From Octopus vulgaris (Eukaryota): DNA of 64,000 bases. Position numbers and translations under genes: made by a program. The notes beneath the pieces were generated by a model that saw nothing but the letters and a program-made list of their open reading frames with translations, searched no databases and was not told where the DNA came from. How positions within the stretch are numbered: the first letter of the stretch is position 1; each line of letters starts with the position of its first letter. The stretch covers positions 30,628,001-30,692,000 of the forward strand of contig OX597817.1 in the NCBI GenBank assembly GCA_951406725.2. Direction: 5' to 3'. Of this stretch, positions 40,981 to 52,321 are shown piece by piece.

Positions 40981-41125
40981 TATTTCACATATACCTGAAG
41001 TTTCTACCTTTAAAAACAAGGTGTTACGCCCTTTTTACTTGTGTGATTTTTTGCTACCCTGGTAACTGTTTGTCTATTTTTTCCGTTTTAATTGTAAACA
41101 AGGGAAATATACACATATCTATTCA

Positions 41126-41194
<69 letters not shown>

Positions 41195-41211
41195 TATGTA
41201 TGTATGTATAT

Positions 41212-41390
41212 ATAGTTCAAATTTACAGAAAACACAAGATGAAGACAGGTGTAGGAACAAAATGCAGGTGTATTAGTTTAATGCTCGGAAACAATGGAAA
41301 AGTATTTTACATTACGAGCCTACGCTCTTCGACAGAAAGGATTAAGAGGGAAAAAATGGAGATACAATGATAAAAAATGGGAAGAGATAA
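41212..41390 (-). mobile_element. Second copy of the short hammerhead-like repeat
   Basis: Minus strand CUGUCGAA-GAGC-GUAG-GCUC-GUAAUGUAA; homologous to 37900-38087. Confidence 0.55.
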
Positions 41391-41528
41391 AACTGTGCAG
41401 ATTAATATAAATAACAACATTAAAAATGATAATAACAGAAATGCCAACAATGAGAAAAATAACAATATTAAGAATTCAACTTACAATGAAAGTAAACAAA
41501 CAAAGATCGTTTTAGAAGCGTTGAGATG

Positions 41529-41653
41529 TATTGAAAGATACAGAAATATCATTTTTATTGTCAAACACGGGATAATGCTTATCCTGTTCACGCTATTTTA
41601 TTAGCATTATCATGCGTTTGACAATAAAAAAATTATTTCTGTATCTTTCAATA
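41529..41653. repeat. Inverted repeat / hairpin with a ~50-bp stem
   Basis: tattgaaagatacagaaata...gataatgct pairs with agcattatc...tatttctgtatctttcaata; 23-nt loop. Confidence 0.85.
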
Positions 41654-41668
41654 TTAATACTAATATAT

Positions 41669-42086
41669 AGGCGCAGGAGTGGCTGTGTGGTAAGTAGCTT
41701 GCTAACCAACCACATAGTTCCGGGTTCAGTCCCACTGCGTGGCATCTTGGGCAAGTGTCTTCTGCTATAGCCCCGGGCCGACCAAAGCCTTGTGAGTGGA
41801 TTTGGTAGACGGAAACTGAAAGAAGCCTGTCGTATATATGTATATATATATATGTATGTGTGTGTGTGTTTGTGTGTCTGTGTTTGTCCGCCTAGCATTG
41901 CTTGACAACCGATGCTGGTGTGTTTACGTCCCCGTCACTTAGCGGTTCGGCAGAAGAGACCGATAGAATAAGTACTGGGCTTACAAAGAATAAGTCCCGG
42001 GGTCAATTTGCTCGACTAAAGGCGGTGCTCCAGCATGGCCGCAGTCAAATGACTGAAACAAGTAAAAGAGTAAAAGAGTAAAGAGT
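41669..42086 (+). mobile_element. SINE family A, full length, young
   Basis: Consensus match. Confidence 0.9.
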
Positions 42087-42339
42087 ATGAATAATAATAA
42101 AAATATAAATAAAAATAAAAATAACGCACCTCTAAGCAACAATATAGCCCCAGTTAGGAATGATACTATCAAGCTATATAAAATAAATAAACCATACAGA
42201 AAAAAAAACAATATAACTAATAGTAGTAATAATAAAAATAACTATAGAAAGAAGATGAATAATTATAACCCTAACGTTACATTCTACAATAATACCAAGG
42301 ACAGTTTCTACACCAAAAATAATAATAGCAAAAGTAAAA

Positions 42340-42970
42340 CGAAATAAGGATAATATCTGGTTATATTAACCTTCACGATGCAGCTTAAAACAAACATAGT
42401 TCAGTCAATAATGAAACTTATACATAAGCACTTAGACTTAAATAATAAATACTCAGAAATCTTTAGGAATAAAATTAAAATAGGCCATAGCTTAACTAGC
42501 AACCTAGTTACTATCATTGCCTCTATCAACAATAAAAAGCTAGCTACCTTCTATGAAACTAAGAAGAATAACAACATAAAACATAGCAACCACTCGACAG
42601 ATATAATAAATATCATCCCTAATAACTCACCCTCAAATAACGCAGACAACTACCTTATAAATAATAACCACCACCCCTCAACATAACATAGGCACAGCCA
42701 AGCTTAATAATCTATGTGACTGCAGAAGCAAAAGCAATTCTGAATTCTCGAATATACGTAAAACTAAAAACGTAATCTACCAATGTGATGTACTCGCAGT
42801 TAATTACAAGAAATCTTATATTGGAGCAACTAAAAATGAAATGATAAATAGATATAAATCCCATCGCTCTAATTTCTGAAATAGAAGTAAAGCAAACTCT
42901 ACTGGACTTAGTAGTTACATTTGAGAATTGAAAGACAATAATAATAATATATTCCACTATGGTAAATTTC
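42340..42970 (+). mobile_element. Decayed Penelope-like retroelement (Neptune-like linker plus GIY-YIG endonuclease)
   Basis: KTNIVQSIMKLIHKHL...IFRNKIKIGHSLTSNLVTIIASINNKKL, then LCDCRSK...KNVIYQCDV...KSYIGATKNEMINRYKSHRSNF*...STGLSSYI*ELKD. Confidence 0.85.
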
Positions 42971-42982
42971 GCCATAGGTGAA

Positions 42983-43030
<48 letters not shown>

Positions 43031-43580
43031 GAGTGAGAGAGCAGTGCATGCCATCAAAGTGACACTGGGGTAAAATATACGAAGTTCAGTATACCCATCA
43101 TGATTACCTGTTTGATAAGGGTACACCAGGCACATGCATCACAACCATATATGCGCGACATCTTATATCAAGATAAACAGCACATGACCTTACAGGTGGG
43201 ACCCAGTTAGAATTTTCTTCTGGTCGAGTAGCCCATCCCGCTCAAAAGGTCCCTGAATAAGGGTTGTTTAATGATGTTGAACGAAACTCCCATTTTTCCA
43301 GAGGTGAATTATTCAAACCCCAAAGAATTCCTCTCAACACATGGCTATGATGCTCCCCCACTACTTCTGCTCATGATCAGAGATGCACATATCGTCAGCC
43401 ACTAAGGGACATGCTCAACTGGTAAAGGTCAAACAACTGACAAGCAAATATGTGGTATTGAGCAGAATATTTGCTGTAGCCCATCTTTTATACCAAGACA
43501 AAACAATGTACTTGATAACACTTCCAATCAATTAAGATCAGAAACCACAAGAGTAACTACCTGGTACTGCATCAGGGCAT
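43031..43580 (-). mobile_element. ~550-bp non-coding element inserted in an (ATT)n tract
   Basis: GC-richer island flanked by (ATT)n and (CTT)/(CAT)/(ATT)n, directly after the Penelope fragment. Confidence 0.55.
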
Positions 43581-43603
43581 TCTTCTTCTTCTTTTTCTTC
43601 ATC

Positions 43604-43634
<31 letters not shown>

Positions 43635-44121
43635 CCACCATTATTATTATTATATGGGTTATGATATTATGAAAATAAAAAAGAATGCATAAAAAATAAT
43701 ATCAATAATGTCAATGAATACAAAAAATACGAGGGAGAAAAATGATTAAGGAACAATGACACGTGGCGAATAAACTCCTGAATGAGGAAGCAGTATCAAA
43801 AAGAGACTCATTGAAAATTTTAAGAAGTTTTGCAATTTTCAAGAAGTCTTACACACAATTTGTCTTTAGAAATTTTTTTAGATAAATTAAACATTCTTAT
43901 CCTAACTCTACTTCACAATGTACTCACTGTTATAATATCCCATTGTTATAATAAAATGTGTGCTAAAATCTAACCTTTTTTTCCTTTAACCCAAATTATA
44001 TTATTTTTGAAATTTTGAGATGGGTCTTTTTCATAGATTCTTGCTTGATGGGAGTACATTAAAGTGATCCCATCTCATTTCAAGTAGATTATAAAGATCA
44101 TTTTCTATCTCACCTTCGGAC

Positions 44122-44166
<45 letters not shown>

Positions 44167-44427
44167 AATTCTTGTGAAGGCTTGGTAGTAGGTAGTAGTA
44201 GGTAATAGCTGTCCTATACGAATATTTTATATGAGTTCTTGGTTTTCACTGTTTAAGCAGCAGTAGCCAAGGAAGGAGGCAGCAAAGAAGAAGAACAACA
44301 ACAATAACAAGGAGAAGAAGAAGAAGATATATATACGAACCCAGAGCTATATTAAAAAATCACTCAACAAAAAACAAACTTCTATTACCACCATCCCAGT
44401 TATAAATGTTATAAGTAAAATTGCTAG

Positions 44428-44681
44428 TTCTGTTGTGTCTGGGGAGTCATTTTCTTTTTGTGCCTTATAATGTAACACACTCACTGGTAAAATTTCCACT
44501 TATTTCATATTTTTATTTTCAATAGTCTTGACTCTCTTGAGAGTCAACACTATTGAAAAGGTTGCAAGATGCAACGAAAATTTTAGGAAAATAAAAATAA
44601 GAAATAAGTGGAAATTTTACCGGTGAGTGTGTTACATTATAAGACTCAAAAAGAAAATGACACTCTCCAGGCACAACAGAA
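44428..44681. repeat. ~250-bp fold-back (palindromic) element
   Basis: Arms ttctgttgtgtctgg...aatagtcttgactctc / gagagtcaacactatt...ccaggcacaacagaa; left arm lacks ~33 nt. Confidence 0.9.
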
Positions 44682-44779
44682 TATGCTTCAACACACGAAC
44701 TCATATAAAGAATCTTGCAAACCAAATCCAAAAACGAAATAAAATTGCTAGATATTTCTTTTATTTTTATTATTATTGC

Positions 44780-45152
44780 ACATAAAAAGCACCATCCGAA
44801 CGTGGCCGATGCCAGCGCCGCCCTGACTGGCTTCTGTGCCGGTGGCACATTAAAAGCAACATCCGAACGTGGCCGATGCCAGCGCCGCCCCGACTGGCTT
44901 CTGTGGCACATAAAAAGCACCATCCGAACGTGGCCGATGCCGGACCCCCCACCCTGGCACCTGTGCAGGTGGCACGTAAAAAGCACCCACTACACTCACG
45001 GAGTGGTTGGCGTTAGGAAGTGCATCCAGCCATAGAAACTCTGCCAGATCAGACTGGAGCCTGGAGCAGCCCCTGGCTTCCCAGACCCCAGTCGAACCGT
45101 CCAACCCATGGCTAGCACGGAAAACGGACGTTAAACGATGATGATGATGATG
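44780..45152 (+). mobile_element. RTE-type LINE 3' UTR with three ~50-60-bp internal tandem units and a (GAT)n tail
   Basis: aaaagcaccatccgaacgtggccgatgcc x3; ends ggacgttaaacgatgatgatg. Confidence 0.8.
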
Positions 45153-45166
45153 TTACTATTGTTGCT

Positions 45167-45383
45167 AAGGCAGTGAGCTGGCAGAATCATTAGCACACCA
45201 GGCAAAATGCTTAGGTGCATTTCATCCCTCTTTACATTCTGAGTTCAAATTATGCCAGGGTCAACTTTGCCTTTCATCCTATCAGGGTCGATGAAATAAG
45301 TACCAGTTATGCACTGGGGCTGATGTAATTGACTAGCTCCACCCCATAAAATTTCCATCCTTGTGCCTATAGTAGAAAGGGTT
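45167..45383 (+). mobile_element. SINE family B copy
   Basis: Consensus match. Confidence 0.85.
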
Positions 45384-45610
45384 ATTACTGTTGTTGCTCT
45401 TTAGTCATGAAGTCAGCTGATGAAAACAACTTAAAATAAAAAATTATTTTAGCTGTAGTGGTACCATGTGTTTCAAATAGTGTATCTAGGTGTACATTAT
45501 TGAATGTGTTCTATTTTGGGGTTTTGTAAAATGTAGGGTATGATCTGAGAGATCTGCATGCTATTTTAAGAGGATAAGGAATTGGCAGATTCATTAGAAT
45601 ACTGGATTAA

Positions 45611-45833
45611 CCCTTTCATTACCAACCCGGCTGAAACTGGTTCTAGCTCTTTAGTGCAAATGTCTTGTTTTCATAAGTTTTGAATTAAAATCTTCCACCA
45701 AACCTTCGTCACAATTTATGCTCCTAAACATTAGCTTAATGATAACTAAGTTATTTTACTAAATTCTTTGTTATATCTAAAATTAATTGAAAGAAAAACA
45801 GAGCATTTCAAAAGAAATATGGTAACAAAAGGG
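45611..45833. mobile_element. piggyBac-like MITE
   Basis: TTAA TSDs flanking CCCTTTCATTACCA...TGGTAACAAAAGGG TIRs. Confidence 0.8.
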
Positions 45834-47092
45834 TTAAATGTTTTGCATTATTTATTTGAGTCGTTTGTGTTCTGAGATCAAATCCTACCAAAGTCAACTT
45901 TGTTTTTTCATTCTTTTGAGGCTGATAAATACACACCCAATCTAGGTGAGTGGACTCACAGAACCATTAGCCTATCAGACAGGTTGTCATCTGGAATCTT
46001 TTTCTGATAAAGCATTTCTAAGTTCAAATCCTGCCTTCGCCTACTTGGGTGGTAGACTTATCTCTTTACCCTGTTTAGCACCAACACCTTGCCCTTGGGT
46101 ACCTTTGGAGGAGTCTATGCTATTGCAATCAACTGGGCCAGGTTTACAGTTTCAATATGTTTTTCTCTAGTTGGCCTCAGAAGACCTATATAAGAATCAT
46201 ATGCACTCTCTTTCCCTCATGACAGCTATAAAATAATTTTTTAAAGTCAAGCTATTGTCTAGATCCTAACATCTGATATGAGATTTTGTATAATAATATT
46301 ATATTCTTAAGAGAGTCTATTCAGTATCATCTCAACTATGATATAAAAACTTGTTAGATTTAATCTATTTATCTCATTCTAAATTTTTATCCATCTCCAC
46401 CACTTCATTTGATATGAAACTATGTATTTAGCTTTACTTTGCAAACATTTTATAACTGTCATTTTAATATCATTGATTTTAATGAAATTTTGTAAAGTTG
46501 GCAGTTCCATACATAACAATCAGTTGTTCCAATCAGCACCAGCTCAAAGGTTGCTGTCTCCTAGACAAATTATGCTTTGGTCTTTATATACCAGGAGGTG
46601 TGCTACAATTATAGAAAGCTCACAGAGCTGGGAAAATTTAAATTTAGATACTGTTTGATGTTACTTTCAAGAGGCATTAATACACTTTATACAGATTTAT
46701 ATTCCATTCTTAGACATTAAATTCAAACCTTCTCAGATAATTTAGTGTAGTAATTTGAATATTTCACAAACAAAGCAAGACAATATTTAGAACTTAGAAC
46801 TATAAGCAATGATCTGAATTGCTGTCAAAGTGAAATGCTCATACCTTAAATATATAGCTGTATTGACAGTTGACCTGCACTCAAACTCCTTCTGAAATTC
46901 ACATATCATATTCATCATATCATGATTTCCTTATTCAACTCTGATTTCACTATCCATAATTCTGTATTGGATTGCACCACACAAAAATTACATCATGAAG
47001 AGAATACTTCATAAAAGTCAATGGAACAGTACTTTCCTAAATGTCTTTCATCCACATCATACAGCAGATAGTATTTCAGTTTTATAAATGAA

Positions 47093-47474
47093 CTAGCAGT
47101 ATTGCCCGGCGTTGCTCGGGTTTGTTTTGACTTTTTAGAATTGGAATTTCTGTAAAGTAAAAATTTTGCATTATGTAGCTTGTTATTATCTTTAAGTGAA
47201 CATTTTTCTGGTTGAAATACACCAAACAATGATGACACAACAGTAAAAAAATATCGTAAAAAATAGTGATTTTCATAGAAAAAAGCACCTTTTTGATGTA
47301 AATAATTTTTGGTCTTATTTGAATTTTTTCTTCTACGGAAGGAAGAGCAAGCCTTCTTCTATCATACTCTCAATTTTGGTCAACTTGCGCTGCAGGGTCT
47401 CAGAAGAGATAGTGTTAGTTGAAGGCTACCAAACCTGCCATACACAGACAACTTCAGCTTTATATAGAGAGAGA
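47093..47474 (-). mobile_element. Non-autonomous Helitron
   Basis: Minus strand TC...TATATAAAGCTGAAG start; CCCGAGCAACGCCGGGCAATACTGCTAG|T end. Confidence 0.85.
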
Positions 47475-48561
47475 TAGTTATGTATATCATTATATATATT
47501 AATTCAGGCTATTTTATTTCGCATTACTCAGAGCTTCACACCTGAGATAATCTTCAAACAAAAATGGCTGATAGTGAGAAACCAAGTACACTTTAGGTTT
47601 TCAATACCAATCTCTTCTCCACCTAAGGCATTGAAATCTGTTTAACTTATTCATGCATTTATTTAGTCAGCTGAAATACTTGCAAATACAGCATTGTTAT
47701 TTGCATTGTAATTGATTTCTAACACCATATGTACAACTAAAGTACAATAATATCATCAAACCTGAGCCAGGCTAAATTTACTATCATGACGAATTTATTC
47801 AATCTATCAAAGAAATAGGTGATGATCGGTTGCCAGATTAATTTCCTATAGTATTACTTAAAATGCAACGTCATCCCTAACACAATCAGGAACATTCACC
47901 TATTTAAATACTAGCTATGATAAAAAAAAAAGCTTCCTAACAGTTTCATGATTAAAAATCTTCTACAACACTTTCATAAACTGCTCTGTCAATACATCCA
48001 AAAGACTTCAGATCTTAAATTAAAACTTTACCTATTTTCTGATTTTCAATATCTTACTTATCTAATGCTATTAACAAAAGGTATCACAGTCAAATAGCTG
48101 CAATAAGAAACATACTGGATATCAATTTCTTTGGATTCGTTCTAAGCATTACTACACTAATTCTTCATATCACTATTACTTTGACAATCGCATCAGCTAT
48201 GCTACTAACATCACAGATATATACCCTCCATAGCAACTCAGCTCCCAGGTATGACTGGTCTTTTCATCCAAACGACTTCAACTACTAAATCTTGATTTAG
48301 GCTTCATCTTAAACCAACTATATAATGACAACTTAAAATGGCTTCAATGGAGCACTGTTTTCTATGTAGAACCAAATAGCATACAAATTATTCTACTATG
48401 CTTGCCAAAAGCACAGTCCTTGAGGCTTTGTTCTCCTAGAAATTTCAAATTACAAATCAATTCGAATCAAAGCCTTTCTATTATTAACTCCAGTTGGAAC
48501 ACAAAAACCGGTGTAACAACAAGTTTAAACTGGGTATGGAAGCTAATTTTTCTTGAACTCC

Positions 48562-48564
<3 letters not shown>

Positions 48565-48615
<51 letters not shown>

Positions 48616-48806
48616 GCTCAGTTGAAGTCGACTCTCGGTTACTCAATGGATCAGCGTTCTCCAGCCAGTTCTATCCTGGGTTGCTTCTTTCAGATTGGCT
48701 GTGGCCATTCCTGTGTCACTCTTAATGGTGTCAAGCCAGTGGGTTCTTGGTCGACCTCTTCCTCTCTTGCAACTGACCATTCTGAGCATGATGTCCTTCT
48801 CCAGGG
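48565..48806 (-). mobile_element. RTE-BovB-like LINE 3' end with (GATA)n tail
   Basis: SLEKDIMLRMVSCKRGRGRPRTHWLDTIK...QDRTGWRTLIH. Confidence 0.8.
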
Positions 48807-49045
48807 ATTGAACTGCTTACTAATTAAAATAAGCATCACCTTAGAAGCCAACACCTATTTCAGCTAGAATGCCGACCAGCCACATAGACAACCATTTCAC
48901 CATCAACCAACACTGAACGTGACAATAAATTTTCTTCACTTAAATAGCCCATCTTTAACAAATCAGAAACATATTTGGGTTATACTTTTTATGACCCCAA
49001 ATAGTCTTCTACATTAAATGATCATATCTAATTGCCATACATCAG

Positions 49046-49406
49046 AACATGGTTCTGGTTTCAGTCCCACTGCATGACACCTTGGGCAAGTGTCTTCTAC
49101 TATAGCCTCGGGCCAACCAAAGCCTTGTGAGTGGATTTGGTAGACGGAAAATGAAAGAAGCCCGTCATATATATGTATGTGTGTGTGTTTGTGTGTCTGT
49201 GTTTGTCCCCCCAACATCGCTTGACAATCGATGCTGGTGTGTTTACGTCCCTGTAACTTAGTGGTTCAGCAAAAGAGACCGATAGAATAAGTACTAGGCT
49301 TACAAAGAATAAGTCCTGGAGTCGATTTGCTCGAGTGAAGGCGGAGCTCCTGCATGGCCACAGTCTAATGACTGAAGCAAGTAAAAGAGTAAAGAGAGTA
49401 AAGAGT
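49046..49406 (+). mobile_element. SINE family A, slightly 5'-truncated
   Basis: Consensus match. Confidence 0.9.
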
Positions 49407-50298
49407 ATATCATTTCGATTTTTACATAACTCACCTACAGTTTGTCATGTTTGCTTCCATTACAAATAAATTTAATAGCAGCCTGATCTTCTTCTAACCA
49501 ATTCTTATTCTTGGTACTATGCTTTCACTGCAATGACATCAATATTAATTTAATATATGGACTGAAATAAGTACTGAGTTGATGAGATCAATTAAAAGCC
49601 TTGAAGTTTGTTCTTTCCCCTAAAACAACTGCTGTTCAGTTACTGAAACCAGTCAGAAAATAGATAAGTTTATAAACGTGTTTACAGAAACAAATTGTGT
49701 TTATTGTTTATCTATATTTCTTCACTAAAAATCAAGTTCTGATGTCTAGATAGGAATTAAAGTTTCCAGTCACTGTACATAAATATATAATAAATAAGAG
49801 ACAGAAAAATGAGAGAAGGAGAAAGAGAAGGAAAGATAATGAGATAGAGAAACATAACGGACTCCCATATTACTATACACACTCACATACATATATATAA
49901 ACACACATTCACACACACACACACACACATATATTTATTATATAGAAAGATAGATAGATAGTGTGCGCACGTGTGTGTGTGTGTGTGTCTTCTGATTTCT
50001 CTTTTATAGCCGAAGGAGAATCAGAACAGTATTTTTGTGCTGTCTGCCAAATGTTAATTGACGACAAATGCTGAACACATGTTGTTTGAGGAAGTGACTG
50101 AACATCAAAGATATTCATAGATATCTACAGGACACAAACAGTTTTCTAGGATATAAATACTTATAAGCATGTCAGATAAAATAAAAAAGTGGGTTGAATT
50201 TCATAGTGGAACATATTTTAAACAGAGAAATACCTGGGAAGAAATATTTAGGAAGTGTTATATTTCAGCAACAGAGAAGATAGAATGCAAAAAGCATT

Positions 50299-50388
50299 TT
50301 GTATTGCACACTGTTGTGACCAATGTAAGCATGACAAATGGCAAATGCAAAATATCTTAAATGTATAAATGAAATACACTTCTTTATA

Positions 50389-50426
<38 letters not shown>

Positions 50427-50738
50427 CTTGTTTCAGTCATTTGACTGCGGCCATGCTGGAGCACCGCCTTTTAGAGTGGTGAAAGAGTACAGCAGGGATC
50501 ACCACCTCCTGCCGGAGCCTCGTGGAGCTTTTAGGTGTTTTTTTCGCTCAATAAACACACACAACGCCCGGTCTGGGAATCGAAACCGCGATCCTCCGAC
50601 AGCAAGTCCGCTGCCCTAACCACTAGGCCATTGTGATATACACATATATATAAAGAAGTGTATTTCATTTATACATTTAAGATATTTTGTATTTGCCATT
50701 TGTCATGCTTACATTGGTCACAAGAGTGTGCAATACAA
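50299..50738. repeat. ~100-bp inverted duplication enclosing a chimeric SINE A/C fragment
   Basis: 50299-50398 is the reverse complement of ~50639-50738 with about 2 mismatches. Confidence 0.9.
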
Positions 50739-50859
50739 TATATATATATATATATAATTTAGATAATATGTATATATATATATATATATATATATGCATA
50801 TATACATATGTAAACGTACATACTTGTATGTATATGTATATACATATGAATATGTGGGC

Positions 50860-51290
50860 ACAGGAGGTCACAAAACGTAAATATCGAAAAATATGAAGTA
50901 CGAGGACATGGAATATGAACTACTTTTGTGAATAACGAAAGAAACAAATGGAAAACAAGACAAACAATACAAAGAACAACCCTTCATCAGTTGTCAGCTG
51001 TTTTCTTAATCCATATTTCGAGCAATTCATGACAAGATACGCCTTCGATAAAACAGTTGCTCCCACAAAGTAAATTAAATAAAATTTCGGATTTTGCAGA
51101 GGGTCAAAATTGGTGACAAAAACAAGACAGTGAAAACAAACAGGTAGGGCTGCTAAACTTAAACGAGGTTGTGGTGGCGAATGTGAAGAAACAAGCTTGG
51201 ACAGGAGACAGACAAGTATATGTCTTCCTTGTCCAGCTGCAACAGGAAGAAAGTTAGGAGAAGAAAGAAAAATGGCCAATGGTCATGTGG
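50860..51290 (-). mobile_element. Dispersed repeat with a hammerhead-like motif, homologous to 56600-56905
   Basis: Shared aaaattt.ggatttt..aga.ggtcaaa.ttggt.acaaaaaca.gacagtg block. Confidence 0.55.
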
Positions 51291-51835
51291 GAGCAAAGGA
51301 GGAAGAGTGAGGAAGAGAGAGTGACAAAGAACTGTGAAGGGGAGAGGAAAAGATTTGGAAATAGGATAAGAGAGAAAAAAAGGAGAGGGAGAAGAGGAAG
51401 TAAAAGAATAAGAGAAAGAAAAGGAGAAAACGAAAGAGTATGAGGATAGAATAGTGGAAGAAGAAATATACATATACATATATATATATATATATATATA
51501 CAGGGTGGACAAAATTAGTGCTCCAGCTTGAGTCTTTGTATATGAGTGTGTGTGTGTGCACATGGACGTGTGTGTTTGTATGTGTCTACTGTCAACTGTT
51601 AGAAACAGTACTCAATACCACAGTAGAGATTAAGGATATAGAATTAGTTCAATATAACAAATAACAATCTGTGTATCCTACATGAAGCAGAAACATTGTT
51701 AAATGCCTATTAAATGGCAGTATTCTTCCCAAGCCAACATTTCATAGATGTGTAGAGCTAAAAAATGCAAGGAACAAAGGAAAAGCATGATGCAGTCACA
51801 GAAATTGTTTGACAGCTATAACTGGGTTCTCCTGG

Positions 51836-52321
51836 TTGTGTGGCATGGTTTAGAGGCCTGTTGCCAGACATAGGATTTTCCAGCAGCCACCCTCTTGACC
51901 CAGGGTAGCACAACCTCCTCCGGGCACTTGTTTTAGGCCTCTGTGTTGAGTTTGAGGCCATGTGGGGAGATAAATGGTGGCATAACGTCGCCATCACTAG
52001 TGATCACTCCAAACACCATAATGTTGACTGGATGTTTGATTTTTATCACTCTCAGTACGATGTCTTCAGACTGCACCATCCTTATATTGACACCTAAATA
52101 CTCTGAAATGTTCATATTGGAGCTTCCAGCATGAATGCCAGTCAGCACAGCATGTCATCTCCAAATTACTAGCAGAGTGAATTGCATCATGGTGCTGTTT
52201 TTTCACAGATGGTGCCCAACTGACCCTACTATACTGAGTAGTTGACAAAATCAAAAACAAGCAATGCACACACATGAAATTAAAAGTATAAAATGGTAAC
52301 AATTTACACATCACACTCTGT
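51836..52321 (-). mobile_element. Internally deleted Tc1/mariner-superfamily (maT/rosa-like) element
   Basis: KIKHPVNIMVFGVITSDGDVMPPFI...LPWVKRVAAGKSYVWQQ; TA+CAGAGTGTG end. Confidence 0.8.

Noticed and set aside
44780-44945. Three ~29-bp repeats with spacers, superficially CRISPR-like
   Set aside because: The spacers are similar to each other, the array lies inside an RTE 3' UTR, the context is eukaryotic and there are no cas genes
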